The notes beneath the pieces were generated by a model. The model did no database searches. It was not told the DNA's origin and saw nothing but the letters and a program-made list of their open reading frames with translations. Below are positions 1 through 10,756 of a DNA stretch of 64,000 nt, in pieces (the stretch's first letter is position 1; the number at the start of each line of letters is the position of its first letter). This DNA comes from Colwellia sp. (lineage in GTDB: Bacteria > Pseudomonadota > Gammaproteobacteria > Enterobacterales > Alteromonadaceae), in contig JAESPR010000125.1 in assembly GCA_016765685.1 (NCBI GenBank), forward strand, positions 11,844 to 75,843, given 5' to 3'. The position numbers were made by a program, and so were the translations under genes.

Positions 1-579
1 GTCTGCTTTGGTAAATTCTATCGATAAAAAGTGCTCTTCAAGCCAGTCATAAAAAGGCGACTTACCATCTTCATCACTAACGCCACGCATTTCGGCAATA
101 ACACAATCTGAAAAACGCATTGCGTGTTCCGCCATAAACAAAAAGCGAATGCGAGACAAAAAGCGACCATTACCATTTTTGCGATGACTTTCTTGTAAAA
201 ATAAGGTACAAATTTCAGTGGCGCCGGTGTAATCATTACAAAGGGCAAGAGTTGCCACGGTATTATGAATATCTAACTCGCGGGAACTATGAACAACTTT
301 ACCTAAGTGATAATGATAAAAAGCATTATCAAGACCAACGGCAGCTTCAATGCCCGTAGTACCAACAACTTGCCCTGTTTGAGTATCTTCCATCACAAAC
401 AAGTAACCTTGATCGCCAGGTTGGCTCACTTTAGCTTTAAAAGATTCTTCAGAACGGGCGATGCGTTGTTTTAATATTTCTTCGTTAACGGGCAGTGAAG
501 TAAAACCATGGCCTGACTCAATGGCAATGCGATATAAATCGTCATAATCAGTCGCTCTAATGGGACGGATGATAATCAT
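1..579 (-). CDS. astA: arginine N-succinyltransferase, partial (runs off the window start)
   Basis: Not in the ORF track. Manual translation from ATG at 579 gives MIIIRPIRATDYDDLYRIAIESGHGFTSLPVNEE, the AstA N-terminus; directly downstream of the argD/astC gene. Confidence 0.9.
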   Translation of the reverse strand, partial: MIIIRPIRATDYDDLYRIAIESGHGFTSLPVNEEILKQRIARSEESFKAKVSQPGDQGYLFVMEDTQTGQVVGTTGIEAAVGLDNAFYHYHLGKVVHSSRELDIHNTVATLALCNDYTGATEICTLFLQESHRKNGNGRFLSRIRFLFMAEHAMRFSDCVIAEMRGVSDEDGKSPFYDWLEEHFLSIEFTKAD

Positions 580-654
580 AAAGTGTCTCGATTATTTGAA
601 GAAATTCTTGCTACCTAATAAATAAAGTAGCAAGGTGCGGAACAGTGTTTTAAA

Positions 655-1929
<1,275 letters not shown>

Positions 1930-2060
1930 TTAGTATACAAGCAATAGTAAAACTGTGGCGTAATAATATCGGGCAGTGCTTAAAAAATAGAAAGCTATTA
2001 TGACAGGAAAAGACATTGTTGTCTTGTCTGAATAGCCTGTAGGCTAGTAATAACAGGGTC

Positions 2061-2100
2061 TTTACATGATTTATTCAAATATAATGAATATTTATTGCAG
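2061..2100. promoter_or_regulatory. putative tandem ARG boxes (ArgR sites)
   Basis: TTTACATGATTTATTCAAA and AATGAATATTTATTGCAG resemble the TGAAT-w-ATTCA consensus and lie upstream of argD-astA. Confidence 0.55.
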
Positions 2101-2216
2101 TGTAAAAAAGCACTAAAAGTGAATTTTGTTTAAGGTAGTGAGCTTGCTTCAAAGAAAATGAATGGGCAGTTAGTTTCATAAATAATCAAAAATAATTTAA
2201 CTGAAATCGGTGAAAA

Positions 2217-3383
2217 CTAGTTAAATTTTAATTTTATGTGGTCAATATCACTTTTATTGAGCAATGAAATTTCAGTTTTAGTGAGTTTTGCGGACTCAAA
2301 TAACAAGCCAGTTTCTTCTTCACTAATCAATTTTTCTTTCGCTAGGTTGCGATAAGTGACATAAACTTTAGCCTTGGTAACTAGTTGAGCGAGTGGGCTC
2401 ATTTTCGTTATAGTTTCTGAGTAAGCTAAGTCAAACATTGCTTCGGTAATAGGAAGGCGGTCGAAGTTCATCTGCTCAATTAATTCAGCAGATAATTTAC
2501 TACTGCGTAAAATCAGCTGTTCAAGCAACAATTCAGGTGAATTTTCAATTTTGGATAAAATGTTATGTAGACGTTTGTCTTTAGTATTAAAAGCATCACG
2601 TAATTCTTGTTTATACATGCGATTATAGGTTGTTAAATAACAACGTGTAATCGCCAGTTGTCCAATGTTAGACAACATGCCCGTAGTGAATGCGGTGTAA
2701 CCATTGGCACCTGAATGTTCAGCTAATGCACTGGCCGCTAAGGCGATAGATAAACTATCGTTCCATAGTTTACGTTTCATTAAGCTAAAAGGCGCGGTAC
2801 TTTTAGGTAACCAGTGTTTAAGAATAAAGGTTGGCATGACTAATTTTAAGTTATCTAAGCCAATGTAACTTAAGGCAAGGTTGGCATCATTAACTTGCAC
2901 ATCGGCGCGTTTTCGGTATTGAGGTTTGTTGACTAAGTTAACTAAATCAGTCGCAAGCCAAGATAATGACGTTGCTAGCGGTTTTATTCTATTAATTGAG
3001 GTTGCGCGCAAGTAGAGTAACTCTAAAATGGTTGGGGCAGCGTCTTCGATATTAAGTACGTCGTTGTATAAATAGACTTTATTATCAAACTGTGCATTAA
3101 CCTGTTTGTTTACTTGCGCATAAAATGCCGCCATTACCTGTTTGCGAAAATGTTCTTCACCATGAGCCGCGACTATTTTATCTTGCTGTGCTTTAACTTC
3201 AACCGACAATAATTCTCTGCGGCGATTTTCTTGTTCACTACCTTGAAAATCGACAAGGTCTACTTTGCCATGGCGTTTTTCAGCAAAGTCTTTGCTAATA
3301 GATAAACTTATTGCTTGCTGGTATATAGTAGAAATTGCGTCGTTATTATCAAAAAATTGCATAGAGTTTAATTGGTGTCTCAA
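2217..3383 (-). CDS. HDOD domain-containing protein
   Basis: Helical protein with HDOD-like segments (LVNLVNKPQYR, ALSYIGLDNLK, AFTTGMLSNIGQL). Confidence 0.75.
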   Translation of the reverse strand: MRHQLNSMQFFDNNDAISTIYQQAISLSISKDFAEKRHGKVDLVDFQGSEQENRRRELLSVEVKAQQDKIVAAHGEEHFRKQVMAAFYAQVNKQVNAQFDNKVYLYNDVLNIEDAAPTILELLYLRATSINRIKPLATSLSWLATDLVNLVNKPQYRKRADVQVNDANLALSYIGLDNLKLVMPTFILKHWLPKSTAPFSLMKRKLWNDSLSIALAASALAEHSGANGYTAFTTGMLSNIGQLAITRCYLTTYNRMYKQELRDAFNTKDKRLHNILSKIENSPELLLEQLILRSSKLSAELIEQMNFDRLPITEAMFDLAYSETITKMSPLAQLVTKAKVYVTYRNLAKEKLISEEETGLLFESAKLTKTEISLLNKSDIDHIKLKFN

Positions 3384-3494
3384 AAATAGGTATCTTGAGC
3401 TGGTTGGCTAAAGAGCAAATGCTTATTCTAAAGTTATCGGGCACTGTTATCAAAGCATTAATGTTATAAAATTATTTTTATTTGAATACTTTAC

Positions 3495-4088
3495 CTAAGG
3501 CTTTGCAGAATACATAGTTAAAAAGTTCTTTAACAACGCTTTTCCTTGTTCAGTTAACACTGACTCGGGATGAAATTGAACACTGCAAAGAGCAAGTTTT
3601 TTATGCTGCAAGGCCATAATTTCATCTTTATTTCCTTGCTCATCAAGGCTCCATGCGGTAACGATAAAATCATCAGAAAGTGATTTTTCATCAACAATAA
3701 GTGAGTGATAGCGGGTAACTTGTAAGGGCTGCTTTAACTGTTGAAACAAGCCTGAGCCATGGTGAGTAATAGTGCTTGTTTTACCGTGCATTAATTTTTT
3801 GGCCTTGATTATGTTAGCGCCAAAATGTTGGGCAATGCATTGGTGCCCTAAGCAAACTCCTAACAAGGGCGTTTTGCCGGCAAAATGTGCGACTACATCA
3901 AGCGATATACCGGCACTGTTGGGATCACATGGTCCCGGAGAAATAACTAAATATTCGGGTTTGAGTTTTTCAATCTCATCGATACTAATTTCATCATGAC
4001 GAAAAACTTTCACTGTCTGACCTAGTGCTTGAAAGTAGTGCACTAAATTAAACGTAAATGAGTCGTAATTGTCGATCATTAATAACAA
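3495..4088 (-). CDS. pabA: aminodeoxychorismate/anthranilate synthase component II (glutamine amidotransferase)
   Basis: IDNYDSFT, SPGPC, GVCLGHQ, RYHSL and QFHPES motifs; pabA-argD synteny. Confidence 0.88.
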   Translation of the reverse strand: MLLMIDNYDSFTFNLVHYFQALGQTVKVFRHDEISIDEIEKLKPEYLVISPGPCDPNSAGISLDVVAHFAGKTPLLGVCLGHQCIAQHFGANIIKAKKLMHGKTSTITHHGSGLFQQLKQPLQVTRYHSLIVDEKSLSDDFIVTAWSLDEQGNKDEIMALQHKKLALCSVQFHPESVLTEQGKALLKNFLTMYSAKP

Positions 4089-4172
4089 ATGTAGATCAGC
4101 CTAACAAAGAAAAACGCGGCTATTCTAGTCTTTTTATAGCTAAGGGGCAATTTTACGCAAAGAATATAAAAA

Positions 4173-4200
4173 TAAGAAGCCAGCGAGTGCTAGCTTCTTA
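4173..4200 (-). terminator. putative intrinsic terminator of the porin gene
   Basis: Hairpin TAAGAAGCCAGC-GAGT-GCTAGCTTCTTA; the A-run on its left reads as a U-tract on the minus strand. Confidence 0.6.
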
Positions 4201-4234
4201 ATTGTTTGACAATTCTATGACAGGATCATGGCCT

Positions 4235-5449
4235 TTAGAATTTAGCCGTTACCATAAGCCATAACTTGTCGGTATCGGTTGCATAATCATCAGCACTATA
4301 GTTAGCGTATTTAGCGAGTAAACTATAGTTTTTGTTGATTTTATAAGCCGCTATCAAATCAATTTCTGAGCCATAATCCATGCCATTTACATTAGAAGAG
4401 TAATCATGATAAGTGGCAATAAGCTTAACACCTTTTACTTTGGTGATGGCAGTAATGTAAACGTCTTCAAGACCATCAGCAGGCGTCCCTAAGAATTTAT
4501 CAGCAAAACCATTGAATTTATGTAATGTTGCTAATGGTGTGCTAAAACCAACACCATTATCACTAGCTAGTACTTCAACGCCTGCTTTGAGGGTAAAACT
4601 ACCCAGTTTGGTGCCAGCTTCAATATTGTAGTAGTTAGCATCAAAACTGTTCGGGTTGTTACCGTTGTCACTTTGAATAGCGTAACTTGCTAGCACGTTT
4701 ACCGAACCAAATTTACCCTTATATAACAGTCCCAAAGTGCTGGTAGATATGGCCGCGGCAGTATCAAAATCTAGAATATAAGCAAAAGCAGATACTTTAT
4801 GTTGCTTGTTAATTTTAAAAGCACCATTAAGTAAATGTAAGCTCCCTCCTAATTTACCTGCTTTTTTACTGTCAGGGCCAAAAATGCGATTGACGTTATA
4901 AACATAAGTATAATCAAGGTTTATTTTATCTGAGGCTTTATATTGAAAACGGTAACCATCATAAGTTTGTTCATTTTGACGCCAGCCAACACCGCCAATA
5001 AAACGTTGTTCGTTGTGATTGATACGTTGACGACCGGCTTTAATCGCTAAATTGCCGTTTTTATATTGCACAAATACTTGGTTAATATCAGTTACTTCAG
5101 CATCAGCAATAACGGCTTCATTATCAACATAATTAATGCCAAGGTCATTATAGTCATCAACCAAGGCAGTAATATTGTCAACTTCAAGCCCTAAGGAAAA
5201 GTTTTGATATGCTGCTGTATTAAGGGTTAAACGACTCTTAACGGTTAAAGCGTTTGCATCGTCTTTACCAGTTTGCTCTACCCCTTCGTAACGCGCACGA
5301 AATAATAAGTTAACTTTACTATTGGTTAGTGCTGCTGTAATACCTTTGTTATTTGCCGAATCAGTAGCAAAAGTTAAAGGTGCCGCTAAAAAAGCCATAG
5401 TAAGCAAAGAGAAGGAGAATTTATTTAAGTTTATACTTTTTGTGTTCAT
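4235..5449 (-). CDS. outer-membrane beta-barrel porin, alginate export family-like
   Basis: Signal peptide, amphipathic strands, GRQRI..QRFIGGVGWRQNEQTYDG, FSTPLATLHKFNGFADKF, C-terminal Phe. Confidence 0.8.
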   Translation of the reverse strand: MNTKSINLNKFSFSLLTMAFLAAPLTFATDSANNKGITAALTNSKVNLLFRARYEGVEQTGKDDANALTVKSRLTLNTAAYQNFSLGLEVDNITALVDDYNDLGINYVDNEAVIADAEVTDINQVFVQYKNGNLAIKAGRQRINHNEQRFIGGVGWRQNEQTYDGYRFQYKASDKINLDYTYVYNVNRIFGPDSKKAGKLGGSLHLLNGAFKINKQHKVSAFAYILDFDTAAAISTSTLGLLYKGKFGSVNVLASYAIQSDNGNNPNSFDANYYNIEAGTKLGSFTLKAGVEVLASDNGVGFSTPLATLHKFNGFADKFLGTPADGLEDVYITAITKVKGVKLIATYHDYSSNVNGMDYGSEIDLIAAYKINKNYSLLAKYANYSADDYATDTDKLWLMVTAKF

Positions 5450-5566
5450 ACGAATTATCCCAGTTTTATGTGTTAAATAATCTAAAAATATGTACTAGTA
5501 CTTTTGTTTTTGTAATTATTTGTACTATTCGCTGGGTTAATTCTGGCATTAACATAAAGTTGATAA

Positions 5567-5631
5567 GTTGATTTAGGTCAAGCGCACAACTGAACGTCTG
5601 ACATTGCAGAGATATGTTGATTTAGGTCAAG
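5567..5631. promoter_or_regulatory. two identical FNR-like boxes
   Basis: GTTGATTTAGGTCAAG at 5567-5582 and 5616-5631; one mismatch to TTGAT-N4-ATCAA. Confidence 0.65.
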
Positions 5632-5753
5632 TTTTTCACAACCTTAGCTTAGTCTATTCTTGGCTTCTTGTTTCAAGCAATTAAGAGATTGGCATATTGC
5701 TATAATCTTGCTATCTTTTAATTAGAGGAGAGGAACTATCAGGGGTCATAAAA

Positions 5754-5987
5754 ATGCCGGAAGAAAGACGTAAAGTTGAGGCGAGAATAAGGAAGTTACT
5801 TAAAGAGCTAAGTGTTGCTCAGCAATGTTCTTTAAGTGAAATTAGCCACTTTGGTTACACTTTGTCTTTTGTCAGACAGACACCAGACGGAAAGTTAGCC
5901 GTGGTGCAATTAAACGACTCAGCAATTACTATCGACGAAGAGGGGGAAATAGATCACCATTCTTCAATAGTAATACGTAGTGAATAA
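5754..5987 (+). CDS. small hypothetical protein
   Basis: 77-aa ORF with a purine-rich ribosome-binding region upstream; no recognised motif. Confidence 0.65.
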   Translation: MPEERRKVEARIRKLLKELSVAQQCSLSEISHFGYTLSFVRQTPDGKLAVVQLNDSAITIDEEGEIDHHSSIVIRSE

Positions 5988-5994
5988 GTTATAT

Positions 5995-6321
5995 CTAATC
6001 ATGTCTAATCACTACATCACTTGTGGCAATCGCTGAGCAACATAAAATATAACCGTCTTGTTGCTCTTGTATTGTTAAGCCATCACTTGAAGATTGATTC
6101 ACCTCTCCGCTGATAAGTTTGGCTTTACAGCGTCCACACATGCCTGCACGACATGAATAAGGTAAAATAAGCCCCGCCTCTTCACCGTTTTCTAATACAG
6201 TCTTTGGCTGGTTTTTTAGCTTGTTGCTTTGGTACGTTTTGTGCCACTTTTCAAAATAAATAGTTAACTTTTTATTGGATGGCGTCGTTGCTGCTTCATT
6301 ATTCTTTAACGCGTTCGTCAT
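5995..6321 (-). CDS. ycbX: 2Fe-2S ferredoxin domain; detached C-terminal part of YcbX
   Basis: YSCRAGMCGRC...ILCC plant-type ferredoxin motif; joins in frame with 10775-11663 when the insertion and one target-duplication copy are removed. Confidence 0.85.
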   Translation of the reverse strand: MTNALKNNEAATTPSNKKLTIYFEKWHKTYQSNKLKNQPKTVLENGEEAGLILPYSCRAGMCGRCKAKLISGEVNQSSSDGLTIQEQQDGYILCCSAIATSDVVIRHD

Positions 6322-6381
6322 TGTTTTACGTGCCTATATACTTTACTCAGGAAAACCGTAAAATTAAGAAACTTATTACTT

Positions 6382-6465
6382 TGTAGGTAGATACAGCATA
6401 GCGAGGCTCGACATTAAGCCTTTTGTCGAGGCAAGCATCGACCTACATGTCAATCCTGATCTACA
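6382..6465. repeat. GTAG-type REP-like inverted pair plus a degenerate third copy
   Basis: TGTAGGTAG...CTCGACA and TGTCGAGGCAAGCATCGACCTACA in inverted orientation; partial TGTCAATCCTGATCTACA follows. Confidence 0.6.
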
Positions 6466-6574
6466 TAGGCATGTATAATTAAGAAAACTATACAATCCAT
6501 AGTGTTATAAGTTATTATGTTTTGCCTTTTAATATAAAGGTTAAATTAATAAATCTAAATGGAGTTAAATTAAA

Positions 6575-7561
6575 ATGTTAAAGGAAAAACCCAAAAGAAA
6601 TGGCTTTCTGCTTTTATTATCTACAGTACTTATCCCTAATATTACTATTGCTGCAAGTTGTGACAATGATACCGAATATCTTTTCGATGGATTTTGGTTA
6701 GACGCAACAGTTACTGGCTTAGGGTCAAATTCCCACGCACTAGTTGGAGATCTATTAACATTAAAAGCATCTGCTAGTTGGCAGAATTTGGAAACTGAAG
6801 GCACACCTATAAATGTTAAGCTTTCATTTGACGGCACTTTATTAAATAGCGCAACTAATAACTCTAGCACAGCTATAAGTATTTCTACAGAAAAATCATA
6901 TATTGATATTGTCAGAGGTACCCACGAGGCTTTAGCGACTTCAAGTTTAGATAGTGACTGTAACTCTAGAGTAAGTTTTGTTGTTCAATCTAAACCAACG
7001 GCTGATGCTAATGGAAATTATTCTTCTGTAATAAGTGAGTTGGGTTCAAAAACTACTGCGACAATATCCCTGAGCGGAGATTACAGTGTCGACAGTGATT
7101 ACTCTTTTAACAAAAGCAACCCTACTCTCTCGTGGACTGTAAATGGGAATGTATACAACAGCAAAGATGTAGAAATAGAACTGCTACCAGGAACTTATAC
7201 TGCAACATTCAAAGTTAACGATGGTTTATATTCAGATTCAGATACTGCTACTATTACCGTAATAGACAAGTTATCTATAGACTATTTAGACTATGACTTA
7301 GCCTGTGTCAGGGGGAAAGGTCGAGTATTTTTAAATTGGGATCTTAACTCTACATCCCTGTATTATGAAAAAGAATGGAAACCCAATCAAGGTACATGGC
7401 AATCATTGGGAACAAATACTCAAAATGCTTGGGCAGTTGATATTTCAGGCTATCAAAATCTTGATAGCTTTAGAGTTAAAGCGTGCTCTTCACAAAGGTG
7501 TGGGCAATACATATCTGAATCTTACTATACTCCCAGATGTGGTGGCTTCATCCCTAATTAA
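6575..7561 (+). CDS. secreted protein with PKD/Ig-like and C-terminal FN3-like domains
   Basis: Signal peptide; SGDYSVDSD..LSWTVNG..PGTYTATFKVNDG (PKD-like); FRVKACSSQRCG (FN3-like). Confidence 0.65.
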   Translation: MLKEKPKRNGFLLLLSTVLIPNITIAASCDNDTEYLFDGFWLDATVTGLGSNSHALVGDLLTLKASASWQNLETEGTPINVKLSFDGTLLNSATNNSSTAISISTEKSYIDIVRGTHEALATSSLDSDCNSRVSFVVQSKPTADANGNYSSVISELGSKTTATISLSGDYSVDSDYSFNKSNPTLSWTVNGNVYNSKDVEIELLPGTYTATFKVNDGLYSDSDTATITVIDKLSIDYLDYDLACVRGKGRVFLNWDLNSTSLYYEKEWKPNQGTWQSLGTNTQNAWAVDISGYQNLDSFRVKACSSQRCGQYISESYYTPRCGGFIPN

Positions 7562-7704
7562 TTTTAAGTGTTTTTTATTTTGTGTTAATATGCTGCTGGG
7601 ATTTCAATAACTCGGCAGCTCTTTGGATATTTGCTTAAAATCTAAGTAATGGGCGTTAAATTAAAATGAAATCGATGAATTATCGATGTTAGGAACAAAT
7701 AAAA

Positions 7705-8238
7705 ATGAAAAAAAATTTTGTCGTATTACTTTGCCTCATAATTGTTGGTTGTAGCAATTTATCCTTTAATGAGCGATACTATAATGTTGGTTGGGGGAAA
7801 GTTATAATAGCTCCTTTTACTGGTGATTTTGCTAATATTGCTGAAACTGAATTTGAGCACGCTCTGGGGATTTCATCTAAATTACTTGTGGTTACTTCAA
7901 GCATGACCTTAACTTTGTTAAGTGAAAATAATTTAAGTAAATTATATTCAAATGAACCTTATAAAGCTTTATTTATTTTAGCTGAAAAAATCAATGCTCA
8001 AGGTGTGGTTTTTGGAAAAGTATCCGGTACTGTGCCAGTAAACGGATCTAGAGGGTCTATCACTTTATCCTCAGCAGAAATATATGTAAAACTTGTAGAT
8101 GTAGCAAGCAACTCTATAGTTGCTTCAAGTCATCATAAATCTAGCTCAGTACTATCTGTAACTGGCACTTTGATTCAAGATGTGTCTTTAGAGGCTATAG
8201 ATGATTTTTATCAATATTTCACAAATATAACTAATTAA
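7705..8238 (+). CDS. hypothetical lipoprotein (possible CsgG/LpoB-like fold)
   Basis: Lipobox IIVG-C; IAPF..GVVFGKV..VKLVDVASNSIV pattern; AGGA ribosome-binding site. Confidence 0.65.
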   Translation: MKKNFVVLLCLIIVGCSNLSFNERYYNVGWGKVIIAPFTGDFANIAETEFEHALGISSKLLVVTSSMTLTLLSENNLSKLYSNEPYKALFILAEKINAQGVVFGKVSGTVPVNGSRGSITLSSAEIYVKLVDVASNSIVASSHHKSSSVLSVTGTLIQDVSLEAIDDFYQYFTNITN

Positions 8239-8280
8239 ATGTTGTTCCGTTCGCATCGTTCGGACAAACAAGTAAGAAAT

Positions 8281-8315
8281 TTTAAGATTGATTTTGTTTG
8301 AAAATCAGTCTTAAA
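8281..8315. terminator. hairpin, putative terminator after the cargo genes
   Basis: TTTAAGATTGATTTT-GTTTG-AAAATCAGTCTTAAA inverted repeat. Confidence 0.45.
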
Positions 8316-8947
8316 TATTAAAAGTTGGTAGCTAAAATTAAATCATTTACATTCCTTATCACTTTCAATCAAAATATTGATTAAACATTGCTCTTTTACA
8401 AATTGAAAATATTGACAATCCTCATTATCTACAACGATGGTTATTTAACTTTATCTTTTTTTAACGTGAGTGGTTACTAATCAGAAAAATAGCGGCTGCA
8501 CCCAACTATCTACTCGTAACTTTAGTGGTTCAGCTGTGAGCTTATCGGATAAGTGAGTAGCATTTCTGCTACTCACTCTCCTAAGACATGCAAGTTTCCC
8601 CGCACACGGCTCAAGCATATTTAAGTCCAGTTGCAAAACTGAGCCGGCAGTAAGTGTAACAGCATCCACCAAGGTTTCATTCTGGCTTTACCTTTTCGTT
8701 TTTCGAAGTATTCGCGTATTCTTTGATAAACGGGTTGGCAGCACTACGAATTTTTACGTGTCGCTTAATGGATGTTGAATCAGCTCTGTAGAGTATACGT
8801 TGTTTGATATTACCTGAGCGCCCTTGTCCCAAGCGAAAAATCGCCAGTGGTTCATTTTTACTGTAGTAAAATTATTAGGCGACAATTAACCAATCGTGAC
8901 TAATGTTATCAAAGCAAGCTTTAATGTCAGCTTCCAGCACCCATTTA

Positions 8948-10051
8948 TACCAATCAGATTAAATTTATGATCTAATAGGGCATGAAATATATTTCCCAAA
9001 AACAACTCCAAGATAAGCTGAAGTTCATAGACGTCAAATCTCTTATCGCTAAAGAAATCAATGGCCGAATGCGTATGCGTTTATTAGCTCTTTCACACAT
9101 AAAAGATGGTGCTGACAGAGCACAAACGGCTATATATTTAAAGATCAGCCGCAAAGCAGTAAACGATTGGGCTAAAAAGTTCTATGAAAATGGGCTTGAT
9201 GGTTTAAAAGAAAAAGCCAGAGCCGGTAGACCTTGTAAGTTGACAGCAGAGCAACTCATTACATTCAAAGAATACGTGATAGAAAATAGCATTAAGCCTA
9301 ATGGCGGTCGCCTTACAGGAAAATCACTGGTTAACTTCATTCAAGAAGAGTATGGCGTTACTTATTGTTTAGATAATATTTATAGATTACTAAATTCCCT
9401 TAATCTTTCTTGGATAACCAGTCGCTCTAAGCACCCCAAGCAATCACAAGAAGTTCAAGACGATTTTAAAAAAATTCAAAATTGAAATGATCCCTAAAGA
9501 TCATGATAGATCTCGTATAGATATCTGGTTTCAAGATGAAGCGAGGTTTGGTCAACAGAATACAACAACAAGGTTATGGGCTGAAAAAGGCTCAAGGCCA
9601 AGAGCAGTTAAACAGCAGTAGTTTCAATATGCTTATCTTTTTGGCGCTATTTGTCCGGCCACAGGAGTAACCGAAGCGATAGTAACGCCCTATGTAAATA
9701 AAGAAGCAATGAGACAATATTTACAATTAATATCACAAGCAACGCCAATAGGCCGACATGCAGTTGTGATCATGGACGGCGCGGGTTGGCATACTAATGA
9801 TACAGCACTTTCTTTTGATAATGTAACGCTAGTGAGGTTGCCAGCATATTCACCAGAATTAAACCCTGTGGAGCAAATATGGCAGTGGTTAAGACAGAAT
9901 GAATTAGCCAACAAATGCTTTGATGGCTATGAAGACATTGTAAATTCATGCTGCGATGCTTGGAATAGTTTTATTAGTGATTTAGATAGGGTCAAAACAA
10001 TGTGTATGAGAGAGTGGATTGATTTGGGTGGTTAAATAATCTGATTGGTAT
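8948..10051 (+). mobile_element. IS630-family insertion sequence (inactivated)
   Basis: Perfect 15-bp inverted repeat ATACCAATCAGATTA (8947-8961 / 10037-10051); TA at 8946-8947 and 10052-10053; removing it restores the RT frame SSSKWVL. Confidence 0.92.
8982..10035 (+). pseudogene. IS630 transposase (frameshifted two-ORF type) with a premature stop
   Basis: HTH ORF ends at a TTTAAAAAAA run; the second frame has WFQDEARFGQQ, MDGAGWH and LPAYSPELNPVE; in-frame TAG at 9619-9621. Confidence 0.9.
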
Positions 10052-10121
10052 TAGACGAACTTTTCTTAGCTAAGATCTTGAAACACTGCTCTATGGCATC
10101 GGCTGGGATCCGTTTTGGACT

Positions 10122-10756
10122 ATCTATTTTTTAGGCTCTGATAAGGGAAGTATCTCAGCACTGAGATTAAGTAAATTAATAAAAGTTAATTGGCGAACAG
10201 CGAGGCTGATTTTGAAGAAACTTAGAATGGCTATGGGGCACAGAGATAATTTATATCAATTAAGTGGCACAATAGAGTTAGATGATGCACTTGTTGGCGG
10301 TAGACAAAAAGGCAAACGGGGTCGTGGTGCAGCAGGAAAAAAGAATGTACTAATAGCCTGTGAAAGTAAAGATAAAAAGGCAGGATTTATCGCAATGGAA
10401 GTGGTCGATAGTCTTTGCCATTTTAGCGTTAATAAGTTTGTCAAAAAGCATTTAAAATCAGGTCAAAAAGTTCGCTCTGATGTACTACATGCATTGAATA
10501 TAATTGATCAAACGCAAAACTATGAAGCGAGGGTAACACCAAGCTATTTGGTTGATTAATAGTTGCCATGGGTACATATAGCCATAGGTAATTAAAAAAC
10601 ATTTTTGTTGGGTACATTTCATGGAGTATCGGGAAAATACCTACAAGAATACCTAGATGAGTTCTGTTATCGGTTCAACAGTCGATTTATCGAAAAACAG
10701 ATCCCTACCGATTGTTAAAATTGGCAATAGTTCATGCACCTGTCAAATCGTCCTGA
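10122..10756 (+). pseudogene. IS1595-family (ISXO2-like DDE) transposase, 5'-truncated and degraded
   Basis: DKGSISALRLSK, IELDDALVGG..GKRGRGAAGK, LPWVHIAIGN, GTFHGVSGKYLQEYLDEFCYRFN; stops at 10557-10562 and frameshifts; N-terminal zinc ribbon absent. Confidence 0.9.

Larger units (their letters stand above)
8544..10119 (-). mobile_element. truncated group II intron (domains V/VI and RT/maturase fragments), interrupted by IS630
   Basis: Minus strand GAGCCGTGTGCGGGGAAACTTGCATG-TCTTAGGAGAG (domain V with its 3' arm deleted), domain VI hairpin GTGAGTAGCAGAAATGCTACTCAC, 3' end CCGAT at 8544. Protein fragments PKRIPADAIEQCFKILAKKSSS|KWVLEADIKACFDNISHDWL and RHVKIRSAANPF. Confidence 0.88.

Noticed and set aside
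18-248. 76-aa minus-strand ORF in the track
   Set aside because: Out-of-frame overlap with the astA reading frame (1-579).
6270-6290. Similarity of TTPSNKK (ferredoxin part) to ATPPNKT (MOSC part) as the insertion repeat
   Set aside because: Imperfect low-complexity linker similarity; the exact TTGTTTTA duplication next to the inverted repeats explains the junctions.
8481-8672. 63-aa ORF
   Set aside because: Runs through intron domains V/VI; incidental.
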